Source of the DNA: Corallococcus exiguus
GTDB taxonomy: Bacteria; Myxococcota; Myxococcia; Myxococcales; Myxococcaceae
Direction: 5' to 3' (one strand)
NCBI RefSeq assembly: GCF_017302975.1
Contig: NZ_JAFIMT010000003.1
Length of the DNA stretch: 64,000 bases
The notes under the pieces are model-generated. The model was not told the DNA's origin. It saw only the letters and a list, made by a program, of their open reading frames with translations, and searched no databases. How positions within the stretch are numbered: the stretch's first letter is position 1; each line of letters begins with the position of its first letter. Positions 26,944 to 37,489 of this stretch are shown piece by piece. The translations under genes and the position numbers were made by a program.

Positions 26944-27920
26944 AGGCCCCTGCCCGCCCCCCTCTCAAGGCGCGGCTGCGCGCCCTGCTTCGTCCGCCGC
27001 GCACGCTGTCGGTGACGAAGACGGGCCGCACGTATCTGGTGGTGACGTTCGGCGTGGGGCTGGGCGCGCTCAACACGGGCAACAACCTGCTCTACCTGCT
27101 GCTGGGCCTGCTGCTCAGCATGGTGGTGGTGTCCGGAGTGCTGTCGGAGCGCTGCCTGCGCGACCTGACGGTGCGACGGGTGGGCGCGGACGCGGCCTTC
27201 GCTCGCGAGCCCTTCGCCTACCGCTGGGCGGTGTCGCGCAAGAAGGGGCACGGCTTCGCGCTGACGTTCTCCGAGGACCTCTCGTCGCTCACCGGCACCG
27301 GGAAGCTGGGGCATCTGTCCGCGGGCAAGGAGCACATCGTCCGCGCGGACCTGGCCGCGCCGCACCGGGGCCCCGTGCGCCTGTCCGGCGTGCGCGTCAC
27401 CACCACGTGGCCCCTGGGCCTGTTCGCCAAGACGCGCGTGTTCTCCCTGGAGGGGACGCTGCTCGTGTACCCGCGCCGCGGCTACGCCTGCAAGGAACCG
27501 GGGCCCGCGGAGAAGGGCCCCCGGGGCGAGGCGGGCAGCCCGCGCCATCTGGACGGCACCGGCGACGTGGCGGGCCTGCGCGAGCTTGCCCCGAACGAGG
27601 ACGCGCGCCGCATCCACTGGCTGAAGAGCGCCGCGGCGGGGCGCCTCCTGAAGGTGGAGCGCGAGCGCGAGGAGCGCCGCATCTGGAAGCTCGCGCTGGA
27701 GACGGGCCTCACGGGGGACGCGCTGGAGCGCCGGTGTGAAGAGGTCGCCGCCCAGGCGCACCAGCTGCTGGACGCGGGACATGAGGTCGGCCTCCAGTTG
27801 CCGGAGCGCGCGCTGCGGCCCGCGGCGGGGGCTTCGCAGGAGCGGCGCATCCTCCAGGCGCTCGCGTGGGTGGGCTTCGAGGGCGTGGACGCAGGGACGG
27901 ACTCCCGGGAGGCGGCGTGA
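26940..27920 (+). CDS. DUF58-family protein (MoxR partner).
   Basis: The GTG start overlaps the MoxR stop (GTGA). It has two N-terminal TM helices and DUF58-like motifs (DxRRIHW). The 3-gene synteny with MoxR and a transglutaminase supports the call. Confidence 0.75.
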   Translation: MKAPARPPLKARLRALLRPPRTLSVTKTGRTYLVVTFGVGLGALNTGNNLLYLLLGLLLSMVVVSGVLSERCLRDLTVRRVGADAAFAREPFAYRWAVSRKKGHGFALTFSEDLSSLTGTGKLGHLSAGKEHIVRADLAAPHRGPVRLSGVRVTTTWPLGLFAKTRVFSLEGTLLVYPRRGYACKEPGPAEKGPRGEAGSPRHLDGTGDVAGLRELAPNEDARRIHWLKSAAAGRLLKVEREREERRIWKLALETGLTGDALERRCEEVAAQAHQLLDAGHEVGLQLPERALRPAAGASQERRILQALAWVGFEGVDAGTDSREAA

Positions 27921-29986
27921 AGCGCCCCTTGAGGCTGCGGCTCGCCCTGCGCGACCTGGCGGTGGGCTTCGCCTTCGCCGCGATGGCCATGTCCGGCCAG
28001 CTGCCCGTGTGGGTGCTGGGCGTCTTCATCGGGGCGCTGGTGCTGGCGCTGTGCGGCGTGCGGCTCGTCGCGCGCTTCTCCCGTCTGTCCGCGCTGGGGC
28101 TGCTGATCGCGGCGGTGCTCCTGGGCCTCCAGCTGACGGCCGGCGCGATGAACGCGGTGGTGGCGGCGTGCGCCTTCGCGAGCCTCATCGCCGCGCAGCG
28201 GATGCTGTCCACGCCGGACGCCGCGGCGGACGGCCAGACGCACCTGACGGGCCTCTTGATGGTGGCCGGTGGCGCGGCGCTGTCGGGCGACATGACGTAC
28301 GCGCTGTGCCTCATCGCCTTCGGGGTGCTGGCCAGCCTGGCGCTGGCGCTGGGCGTGGTGGAGGCGGCGGTGCCGGACGGCGAGCCCGTGCCGGTGCGCG
28401 CGGTGCTGCGGCCGCTGTCCGTGGGCGTGATGTTCGCGGTGGCTGGCGCGATGGCCTTCTTCGTCCTCTTCCCCCGCCTCAACTGGGCCATGGTGGGGCC
28501 GCGTTCGGCGCCGGGCTTCGGCGCGGTGAGTAGCGCGGGCTACTCCAACACCGTGCGGCTGGGTGGCGCGGGCACCATCAAGGGCAACCCGCGCGTGGTG
28601 CTGCGCGCCACGCTCACGCCGGATCCGGGCCGCGAAGCGCTGGACGCCTACTGGGTGGGCCGCACCTACGACACCTTCGACGGCATGGAGTGGACGAACG
28701 TCGTCGGCGCGCAGCAGACGGAGCGGCAGATCACCCTGCGCCCCGCCAGCGACAAGCTCCTCCACCAGCGCATCGAGCTCTTGCCCGCGTACGGTGCCCG
28801 CACGCTGATTGCCCTGGAGATGCCCTCGCGCCTGGGCAACGCCATGGCCCACACGCCCACCGGCACCCGGAACAGCCCGGTGCAGCTCCAGGGAGGCGGC
28901 GAGGTACGCTTCACCGTCACCGCGCCCTCGTACACCTACGAGGCCTACAGCCTGCCGCCGGACGCGAAGAAGGGCATGTCCGACGGCCTGGTCCAGGCGG
29001 AGCGCGACCAGCTCCTGGCGCTGCCCGAGCACCTGGACGCGCGCGTCGCGCAGCTCGCGGCGCAGGTGCTCCAGGGCGAGAAGGAGCCGCTGGCCGCCGC
29101 GCGCAAGCTCGCCACCTTCCTGCAGCGCGACTACGCGTACACGCTGGAGCAGGCAGGCACGCCGGAGGATCCGCTGGCGGAGTTCCTCTTCGTGCGCAAG
29201 GCGGGCCACTGCGAGCACTTCGCCACCGCGCTCACGCTGATGCTGCGCACCCAGGGCATCGGGGCGCGGCTCGCCACGGGCTTCTATGGCGGCGCGCGCA
29301 TGGACGGCGGCTACCTGGTGCGCGCGGGCGACGCGCACGCCTGGACGCACGTGCTCGTCCCGGGGCAGGGCTTCGTCACCGTGGACGCCACGCCCCCGTC
29401 GAACCGCACGAGCCAGGGCTCCGTGCTGCTGGAGAAGGTGCTCGCGCTCTATGAAGCGGTGGAGTCGCGCTGGCGCAACTCCGTCGTCGACTACTCCTTC
29501 CGCGACCAGTTCGAGCTGGCGAGCGCCCTGGTCCGCCCGCCGCGCCGTGCGCCCGGCGCCCCCGCCAACGAAGCCCCCAGCCGCCTGCCCCCGCCGCGCG
29601 CGTGGGTGACGGCCGCCCTCGTGGCCTTCGTCATCTGGCGCGCGGGCCGTTTCGTCTCCCGCTGGACGGGCCGCGCCCCGGTGATGGAGGCCACGCGCTT
29701 CCTCGACCGCGTGGACGCGCTGCTCCAGAAGGCCCATGTGCCGCGCTTCGAACACGAGACGCTGGAGGACCTGACCACGCGCCTGGCGCGCGACGGGCAT
29801 CCCCTGGCGCTGGCGCTGACGCCCCTCACCCGCCGCTATCTGGAGGCCCGCTTCGGCGGCCGTGCCCTGCGCGAGGGAGAGACCGAGCACCTGCTCGCCG
29901 GCTTGCGCCGCGCGCTGGAGGCGGAAGCCGCCCGCCGGGCAGTAAAGCCGGCCGGACAGGCGGGCCCTACCGCCCGCGCCTCCTGA
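27917..29986 (+). CDS. Transglutaminase-like membrane protein (TgpA-like).
   Basis: The GTG start overlaps the DUF58 stop. About six TM helices precede a transglutaminase core with a Cys-His-Asp triad (RKAGHCEHFATA … GDAHAWTHV … VTVDATP). The C-terminus may be DUF4129-like. Confidence 0.8.
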   Translation: MKRPLRLRLALRDLAVGFAFAAMAMSGQLPVWVLGVFIGALVLALCGVRLVARFSRLSALGLLIAAVLLGLQLTAGAMNAVVAACAFASLIAAQRMLSTPDAAADGQTHLTGLLMVAGGAALSGDMTYALCLIAFGVLASLALALGVVEAAVPDGEPVPVRAVLRPLSVGVMFAVAGAMAFFVLFPRLNWAMVGPRSAPGFGAVSSAGYSNTVRLGGAGTIKGNPRVVLRATLTPDPGREALDAYWVGRTYDTFDGMEWTNVVGAQQTERQITLRPASDKLLHQRIELLPAYGARTLIALEMPSRLGNAMAHTPTGTRNSPVQLQGGGEVRFTVTAPSYTYEAYSLPPDAKKGMSDGLVQAERDQLLALPEHLDARVAQLAAQVLQGEKEPLAAARKLATFLQRDYAYTLEQAGTPEDPLAEFLFVRKAGHCEHFATALTLMLRTQGIGARLATGFYGGARMDGGYLVRAGDAHAWTHVLVPGQGFVTVDATPPSNRTSQGSVLLEKVLALYEAVESRWRNSVVDYSFRDQFELASALVRPPRRAPGAPANEAPSRLPPPRAWVTAALVAFVIWRAGRFVSRWTGRAPVMEATRFLDRVDALLQKAHVPRFEHETLEDLTTRLARDGHPLALALTPLTRRYLEARFGGRALREGETEHLLAGLRRALEAEAARRAVKPAGQAGPTARAS

Positions 29987-30005
29987 GCGGAAGAGAAGTG
30001 CCCTC

Positions 30006-30033
30006 CGGACGGAAGCGGGCTTCCGTCGCCGGT
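30006..30033 (+). terminator. Stem-loop GACGGAAGC-GG-GCTTCCGTC immediately after the transglutaminase stop.
   Basis: I read it directly. It is a perfect 9-bp stem with a short loop and no T-run. Confidence 0.3.
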
Positions 30034-30294
30034 CGCCCGCCCTCCCCAGGAACGCCCGGCCGAGGTGGAGAAATGTCTCCACAGCCGCCACCCGTCGCCA
30101 TTAAGCGTTTCACGAAACCCCATTCGCGAACGTCATGACGACGTGCGCCCGAGGGCACCGCGCCGTGCATTTCCTCCCCTCGCAGACCCGCGGATTTCCT
30201 ACCGGCCACGGGTAACGGTTACAGACCGTTGCCAGGGGACGCCCATCTGCGCCTTCCAACCCCTCGGAGACACACGCGAATACATCCAACCCTG

Positions 30295-30313
30295 GTTGGC
30301 ATCCCGGTTGCTC
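30295..30313 (+). promoter_or_regulatory. Candidate sigma-54 (-24/-12) promoter, TGGCAT-N5-TTGCT, about 80 nt upstream of the sigma-factor gene.
   Basis: I read ctggTTGGCATcccggTTGCTcagg directly. The GG and GC elements have the correct spacing. Position is approximate to +/-2 nt. Confidence 0.45.
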
Positions 30314-30389
30314 AGGGCAGACACGTCAAGTTGTAGGACTTGAACCCAGAGCACCTTTCAAGCGCCTCCGCCGCGGCAGGAGGCCCGAT

Positions 30390-31292
<903 letters not shown>

Positions 31293-31362
31293 GGGCTGTT
31301 TTCGCGCCCCGGCGGAGACCCTGCTACAACGGGCCCCCTGATTTCCTGTCAGGAGTGCCTGC

Positions 31363-33828
31363 TTGTCCCACGGTTCCCCGCCGGTCGTCGATGATCGCGT
31401 CCCCCTCGCGGAGGCGCATGGTGCCCCGCACAAACCCTATGTGTCCCCCGAGCAGTCGCCCACGGAGCTGACAATCCGTGGCCTGGTGCTCGGGTCGGTG
31501 CTGGGCATCGTGTTCGCGGCGTCGTCCGTGTACCTGGCCATCAAGGTCGGCCTCACGGTGTCCGCGTCCATTCCGGTGGCGGTGCTCTCCATCGCCATCT
31601 TCCGGGCCCTGGGGCGCTCCAGCATCCTGGAGAACACCATCGTCCAGACGACGGGCTCCGCGGGTGAGTCGCTCGCGTTCGGCGTGGCGGCGGCGCTGCC
31701 CGCGCTGCTCATCCTGGGCTACGACATCAGCCTCACGCACGCGTTCCTCACCGCCGCGCTGGGCGGCGTGCTGGGCGTGTTGATGATGATTCCCCTGCGC
31801 CAGGGCCTCATCGTCCAGGAGCACGGCAAGCTCACCTACCCGGAGGGCACCGCCAGCGCGGACGTGCTCATCGTCGGTGAGCAGGGCGGCACCAACGCCC
31901 GCACGGTCATCCTGGGTTTCATCATCGGCGGCGTCTACAAGTTCGCCTACTCCGGGATGAAGCTCTTCAAGGAGGCCATCGGCACGCCCATCAAGGGGCT
32001 CAAGGCCGCGACGCTCTCCACGGAGGTGTCCCCGGAGCTGCTCGGCGTGGGCTACATCATCGGGCCTCGCGTGGCGGGCATCACCTTCGCCGGCGGCGTG
32101 CTCAGCTACCTCATCCTCATCCCGATGATCTCCTTCTTCGGCAGCGGCATGGAGACGCCGCTGCTGGTGCACAACGGGATGCTGATCAAGGACATGTCGC
32201 CGGATCAGATCCGCAACGCGTACGTGCTCTACATTGGCGCGGGCGCGGTGGCGACGGGCGGCCTCATCAGCCTCATCCGCTCCCTGCCCACCATCGTGGG
32301 CGCCTTCAAGCGCAGCGTGGAGACGCTGCGCCAGTCGGGCACGAAGGGGGCCCTGCCCACGGTGCTGCGCACGGATCAGGACCTGCCCATCACGGTGGTG
32401 CTGGTGGGAAGCGCGCTGCTCATCCTCGCCATCTGGCTGGCGCCGCCGCTGCACGTGAACTTCATCTCCGCCATCCTCATCGTCATCTTCGGATTCTTCT
32501 TCGTGACGGTGAGTGCGCGCATCACGGGTGAGATTGGCTCCTCGTCCAACCCCATCTCCGGCATGGTGGTGGCCACACTGCTCGTCACCTGCCTCGTGTA
32601 CCTGCTGTTCGGCTGGACGTCGTCGCCGGACCGCTTCATGGCGCTCACCACGGCGGCCATCGTGGGCATCGCCGCGTCCAACGGCGGCACCACCGCGCAG
32701 GACCTGAAGACGGCGTTCCTCGTGGGCGGCACGCCCAAGAAGCAGCAGATCGCCCTCTTCGTCGGCGTGCTCACCAGCGCCATGTTCATCGGCCTGGTGC
32801 TGGTGCTGCTCAACCAGGGCGCCACCGCGGTCATCCCGGAGACGCACCCGGGCGTGCAGGTGACGGAGCTGACGCAGGAGACGCGCACCCAGCACACCTG
32901 GCGCTGGGCGGTGTCCCAGGACGCGCTCACCCAGCGCGGCATGACGCCCGAAAAGCTCAAGCGCTCGCTGTGGGCGGAGCGCCTGGACGCGGCGCCGGTG
33001 GACGGAGCGCTGGAGCTGCGCAGCTGGCGCCCGATGCCGCCCGAGCAGCTGTCCGGCCTCACGCTGGCGCCGGCCAACGGCCCGTCGCTGAAGCTGTCGG
33101 ACGCGGGCGCCATCACCGCCGGTCCGGACCGCATCTACAAGGAAGGCTTCGTGCGCGGCGCGGACACGCCCGTGCCCGCCGGCCGCTACCTGGTGGATGA
33201 CCAGGGCAGCATCCAGTACGTGGTGGACCCGGGCATCGGCGGCCGCATCAGCGAGTACGAGGGCCAGACGCTCACCCGCTACTCCGCTCCGAAGGCGCAG
33301 CTGTTCGCGCTCATCATCGACGGCATCCTCACGCAGCGGCTGCCGTGGGACCTGGTGCTGCTGGGCGTCTTCATCGCGCTGATGCTGGAGCTGTGCGGCG
33401 TGTCCTCGCTGCCCTTCGCGGTGGGCGTGTACCTGCCCATCAGCAGCAGCGCCCCCATCTTCGTGGGCGGCATGGTGCGCCACTTCGTGGACAAGCTGCG
33501 CGGCGGCAGCGCGGCGGAGTCCGAGTTCTCCCCCGGCACGCTGATGTCCTCCGGCTACATCGCGGGCGGCTCCATCGCGGGCGTGCTCATCGCGTTCCTG
33601 GAAATCGCCAGCGACGGGGCCTGGACGCGCGCCATCAACCTGCCCGCCCTCTTCGGGCATGAAGGCGCGGTGGGCTCCTTCCTCAACGCCGTGGGCGAGA
33701 GCGAGCTGGCGCACCCGACGTGGTCCAACGTCTGGGGCCTGGCGTTCTTCGCCGTCCTCACCGCCGTGCTGTTCCGCTCGGCCCTCAAGGGCAAGAGCGG
33801 CGCGGAAGCCCCGCCGCCGTCGCACTGA
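31363..33828 (+). CDS. OPT-family oligopeptide transporter.
   Basis: About 820 aa with roughly 16 hydrophobic helices. N-terminal OPT motifs are present (LTIRGLVLG…AIKVGLTVSASIPVAVLSIAIF), and a large extracytoplasmic insert sits mid-protein. Confidence 0.8.
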   Translation: MSHGSPPVVDDRVPLAEAHGAPHKPYVSPEQSPTELTIRGLVLGSVLGIVFAASSVYLAIKVGLTVSASIPVAVLSIAIFRALGRSSILENTIVQTTGSAGESLAFGVAAALPALLILGYDISLTHAFLTAALGGVLGVLMMIPLRQGLIVQEHGKLTYPEGTASADVLIVGEQGGTNARTVILGFIIGGVYKFAYSGMKLFKEAIGTPIKGLKAATLSTEVSPELLGVGYIIGPRVAGITFAGGVLSYLILIPMISFFGSGMETPLLVHNGMLIKDMSPDQIRNAYVLYIGAGAVATGGLISLIRSLPTIVGAFKRSVETLRQSGTKGALPTVLRTDQDLPITVVLVGSALLILAIWLAPPLHVNFISAILIVIFGFFFVTVSARITGEIGSSSNPISGMVVATLLVTCLVYLLFGWTSSPDRFMALTTAAIVGIAASNGGTTAQDLKTAFLVGGTPKKQQIALFVGVLTSAMFIGLVLVLLNQGATAVIPETHPGVQVTELTQETRTQHTWRWAVSQDALTQRGMTPEKLKRSLWAERLDAAPVDGALELRSWRPMPPEQLSGLTLAPANGPSLKLSDAGAITAGPDRIYKEGFVRGADTPVPAGRYLVDDQGSIQYVVDPGIGGRISEYEGQTLTRYSAPKAQLFALIIDGILTQRLPWDLVLLGVFIALMLELCGVSSLPFAVGVYLPISSSAPIFVGGMVRHFVDKLRGGSAAESEFSPGTLMSSGYIAGGSIAGVLIAFLEIASDGAWTRAINLPALFGHEGAVGSFLNAVGESELAHPTWSNVWGLAFFAVLTAVLFRSALKGKSGAEAPPPSH

Positions 33829-33874
33829 CGGCTTGAAGCACCCTCCCCGCTTCGTCTTCGCGGGGAGGTTTCCG

Positions 33875-34207
33875 TCACAGCCCGGGCACCGACGGCGGCA
33901 CCTCCGTGTCGCCGCCGGCAGCGTCCGCCGACCCCTTCGCGCAGACGTACTCCGCGCGCAGCGGCGTCACGATGCCGAAGGTGAAGGCGTAGACGAACGG
34001 GCTCCACCACGGCCAGTACACGTCCACCCGGGACAGGCCATGCCGGCACTCCGCCGCGGCCACGTTGGACGTCGTCAGCCCCTCCACCAGGCTCACCCCC
34101 GTCTGGGCCTCCGGTGCGCCATCGCGCGGCGCCGGACTGCGCACGCTCATGCGGAAGCAGCCCGTGAGGGACGCCAGGACCAGGGCGGACGCGGCCAGTC
34201 GCTTCAT
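33875..34207 (-). CDS. Bor-family lipoprotein.
   Basis: I chose the internal Met giving the lipobox MKRLAASALVLASLTGC. The C-terminus (FVYAFTFGIVTPLRAEYVCA) matches phage-lambda Bor (…GFITLGIYTPLEARVYCS). Confidence 0.6.
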   Translation of the reverse strand: MKRLAASALVLASLTGCFRMSVRSPAPRDGAPEAQTGVSLVEGLTTSNVAAAECRHGLSRVDVYWPWWSPFVYAFTFGIVTPLRAEYVCAKGSADAAGGDTEVPPSVPGL

Positions 34208-34407
34208 GGACGGGACTCCAGGCTGCAAAGGGACTCCTTGCGTAACACACCGGGGCTTCACCGCCAGTCCGCCCCATGTTGCCCAGGTGTCACGCCAACC
34301 CCCTGGATTCTGGGCAGTTGTCGAATTGGGAGCCGGACCTGGACGGGAGTACACTCCAGGCTCCCCCCACCGGGGCCTTCCGCCCCCTCCGGATTCTTCC
34401 AGGATTC

Positions 34408-36174
34408 ATGGCACAGCCCCAGAAAGTCACGGACGCGACCGCGGAGCCGGAGCAGTCACCGGAGGTCCGCGAGAAGGTGGAGTTGGCGAAGACGTTCGCG
34501 TTCCACCTGCTCAAGGGCATCAAGCAGATTGGCATGTACCGCCACAACGAGGCGCGCTTCCCGGAGTTCCTCTCCAAGGCGCTGGAGGCCATCTCCACGT
34601 ACACGGAGAAGTTCGGACCGCTCTCGCTGAAGGTGGAGCAGCAGAACTTCATGCTGCACGGCGAGCCGCTCTTCTCCGAAGAGTCGCCGCTGCCCTACAA
34701 GTTCTTCCGCGACGGCATCCGTCAGCTCATCTTCCGGCCGGGGCTGCCGCTGGAGGAGCTGGTCACCCTCACGCTCATCGCGCTGTCGGAGCCGGAGCGC
34801 GGCGCGGACGACGTGCTCGCGCAGCTGTGGCGCGCGGGCATGCAGCAGGTGGAGTACGTGGTGGTGGAGGGCTTCTCCATGGAGGGCGCCTCCGAGGACG
34901 AAGTCCAGGTGGAGGTGGACAAGGTGGTGGGCTACCTCTACTCCCGCCTCCAGACGAACTCGGATGACTTCCTGCGCTTCGCGCGCGTGTCCGCGGAGGA
35001 CCTGGACGCGAAGCTGGACGGCGTGGAGCAGATCCGCGGCCTCGTCGTGGGCGGCCGGCACGCTTCCGACGACCTGAAGGCCCGCATCCAGCGCGAAATC
35101 ACGGAAGAAGAGAACGCGCGCCTCTTCCCCAAGCTGGTGGGCGCGGTGTTCCAGGTGGTGGAGGGCGGCGTGGATGACGCGGCGCTGCTGGAGGAAATCT
35201 TCCTGCAGCTGTTGGACATGCTGCTGCTCCAGGACGACTTCGCCACGGTGAACCAGATCGTCCTCAAGCTGCGTGCGCTCTCCCAGCGCGAAGGCGGCGA
35301 GGACCTGGGGCGCATGCTCAACAACTTCCTCCACAAGATGGGCGAGGAGCAGCGCCTCACGCGGCTGGGCGAGTCGCTGAAGACGACGCGCACGCGGCAG
35401 CCGCAGGACGTGACGCGCTACCTGCAGGCGCTGGGCGTGGACTCGGTGCTGCCGCTGCTCAGCGTGCTGGAGACGATTGAACTGCCGGAGAACCGACTGC
35501 TCGTGGGGGACGTGCTGGCCACGTTCGCGCGCGACCTGCCGGAGCCCTTCGTCGCGCGCCTGTTGTCGGACCGGCCGCAGACGGTGCGCGACATGGTCTA
35601 CATCCTGGAGAAGAGCAACCACCCGGAGCGGGTGAAGATGTTCGGCCAGGTGATGAAGAGCCCCAACCTGGTGGTGAAGCTGGAGGTCATGCAGATCATC
35701 GGAAAGGGACGCACGGCGGAGGCCCGGCGCATCATCCAGGACGCGCTCACCGACGGCGTCTCCCAGGTGCGCATGCTGGCCGCGAAGCTGCTGCCGGAGT
35801 TCGACCGCGAGCGGGCCTTCACGGACCTGGTGCGGCAGGTGCGCGAAGCGAGCTGGGACAAGAAGACGACGGACGAGAAGTCCGCCTTCTACGCCGCCAT
35901 CGGGGCCACCAACCTGCCCGCCGCGCTGTCCATGATGCAGCAGCTGCTGACGGTGAAGCCGTCCCTGCTCAACAAGCGGCGTGTGATGGAGGACAAGCTG
36001 CTGGCGATTACGGGCCTGGGCGGCGCGGGCTCCATCCAGTCCTACAAGATGTTGCAGGGCGTGTTGGAGGACAAGGCTCAGCCCTTGGACGTCCTCACCG
36101 CGGCCCGCAAGGCGATGTACCAGACGCGCAAGGCCCTGTTCGGGGACTCGGCGCTCCCGGAAGAGGCGAGCTGA
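34408..36174 (+). CDS. HEAT/PBS-lyase-type repeat protein of unknown function.
   Basis: The likely start is MAQPQKV. The sequence is helical and repeat-rich, and the C-terminal half has HEAT-like units (…VRMLAAKLLPEF…). The stop lies 4 nt before the downstream HD gene. Confidence 0.6.
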   Translation: MAQPQKVTDATAEPEQSPEVREKVELAKTFAFHLLKGIKQIGMYRHNEARFPEFLSKALEAISTYTEKFGPLSLKVEQQNFMLHGEPLFSEESPLPYKFFRDGIRQLIFRPGLPLEELVTLTLIALSEPERGADDVLAQLWRAGMQQVEYVVVEGFSMEGASEDEVQVEVDKVVGYLYSRLQTNSDDFLRFARVSAEDLDAKLDGVEQIRGLVVGGRHASDDLKARIQREITEEENARLFPKLVGAVFQVVEGGVDDAALLEEIFLQLLDMLLLQDDFATVNQIVLKLRALSQREGGEDLGRMLNNFLHKMGEEQRLTRLGESLKTTRTRQPQDVTRYLQALGVDSVLPLLSVLETIELPENRLLVGDVLATFARDLPEPFVARLLSDRPQTVRDMVYILEKSNHPERVKMFGQVMKSPNLVVKLEVMQIIGKGRTAEARRIIQDALTDGVSQVRMLAAKLLPEFDRERAFTDLVRQVREASWDKKTTDEKSAFYAAIGATNLPAALSMMQQLLTVKPSLLNKRRVMEDKLLAITGLGGAGSIQSYKMLQGVLEDKAQPLDVLTAARKAMYQTRKALFGDSALPEEAS

Positions 36175-36178
36175 CACC

Positions 36179-37489
36179 ATGGCCGACAATCTGAAGATCA
36201 ATCAGACCCAGGACGAAAACCTGGGCGAGTACGGTCGAGAGCACAACGAGAAGCTCCAGAACCTGTCGCGCTCCATGCTCGCCGGCCTCTACATGCTGGT
36301 GCGCTCGGTGAAGATGTATGACCCGGAGAACGCGGTCTTCGAAAAGCCGCTCCACCAGCTCCAGGACATCATCAACCAGATCATCGGCAAGGAAGGCCGG
36401 CTGGAGCTGACGGGCGTCAAGGACTCGTTCTACCTGAACGGCATGCTGGTGAAGGTGGACCTCAACTCCATCGAGAACCAGCGCTACCTGCTGTCGGAGC
36501 TGCGCTCCAAGGACGTGGGCGGCATCACGCTGACCAAGCCCGTCACCACGCAGGAGCTGAAGAACTTCGTCTGGATCTTCAGCAAGGAGCAGTCCACCGC
36601 CGCGGAGGAGGACGGCCTGCAGGGGCGCAAGCTGCTCAACATGCGCGTGGCGAAGTTCTCCAAGCTGAAGGAGAAGCTGAACAAGGACATGGACAACCCG
36701 GGCGACCAGAAGGTCGACCGCAAGAAGTACGCGATGACCGTGTACGCCCGCGCGGTGTTCTTCCTGCAGAAGTACCTGGAGTCCGTGCGCGCGGGGAAGC
36801 CCATTGGCTCCTCGCGGGCGCTGCGCCTGGTGCAGGACTTCGTGGACATCTCCTACGATCAGCGCACCCACTTCCTGGGCATGACGACGCAGAAGCGCGA
36901 GGAGGACTACCTCGTCTACCACCAGGTGAACGTGGCGCTGATGTGCATCGTGTTCGGCGCGGAGCTGGGCCTCACCAAGCCGCAGCTGCGAGACCTGGGC
37001 TACATCGCGCTCTTCCACGACGCGGGCATGACGACGCTGCCGGAGGAGCTGGCCACCAAGCGCGGCGCGCTCACCGCGGACGAGAAGACGACGGTGGCCC
37101 GCGCGCCGCTCATCAGCGTGCGCAACATCCTGATGGAGAAGGGCTTCAGCCGCTCCACGCTGCTGCGCGTGGTGACGACGTTCGAGCACAAGACGGACTA
37201 CGGCACCGCGGTGCGGGACGCGCGCGGCAACATCCAGATGATCATCCCCAAGACGAACCTGGGGGTGTACGCGAAGATCATCGCCATCTGCGACGCGTAC
37301 GACGCGCTCACCTCCCGCAGGCCCTACCGGGACGCGTACGGCCCGGAAGTGGCGCTGATGCTGATGTGGACGGAGATGCGCCAGAAGTTCGACCCGGAGC
37401 TGCTGTCCGTCTTCATGCGGGTGATGGCCATCCAGCCCATCAAGGTCCTCTCCCGCCGCCAGCAGCAGATCAGCGTTTCCGGCCTGTAG
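36179..37489 (+). CDS. HD-domain protein of the HD-GYP class with a degenerate GYP motif.
   Basis: The HD motif reads IALFHDAGM and downstream metal ligands read KIIAICDAYDALTSRRPYRDAY. An uncharacterised N-terminal domain of about 250 aa precedes them. Confidence 0.7.
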   Translation: MADNLKINQTQDENLGEYGREHNEKLQNLSRSMLAGLYMLVRSVKMYDPENAVFEKPLHQLQDIINQIIGKEGRLELTGVKDSFYLNGMLVKVDLNSIENQRYLLSELRSKDVGGITLTKPVTTQELKNFVWIFSKEQSTAAEEDGLQGRKLLNMRVAKFSKLKEKLNKDMDNPGDQKVDRKKYAMTVYARAVFFLQKYLESVRAGKPIGSSRALRLVQDFVDISYDQRTHFLGMTTQKREEDYLVYHQVNVALMCIVFGAELGLTKPQLRDLGYIALFHDAGMTTLPEELATKRGALTADEKTTVARAPLISVRNILMEKGFSRSTLLRVVTTFEHKTDYGTAVRDARGNIQMIIPKTNLGVYAKIIAICDAYDALTSRRPYRDAYGPEVALMLMWTEMRQKFDPELLSVFMRVMAIQPIKVLSRRQQQISVSGL

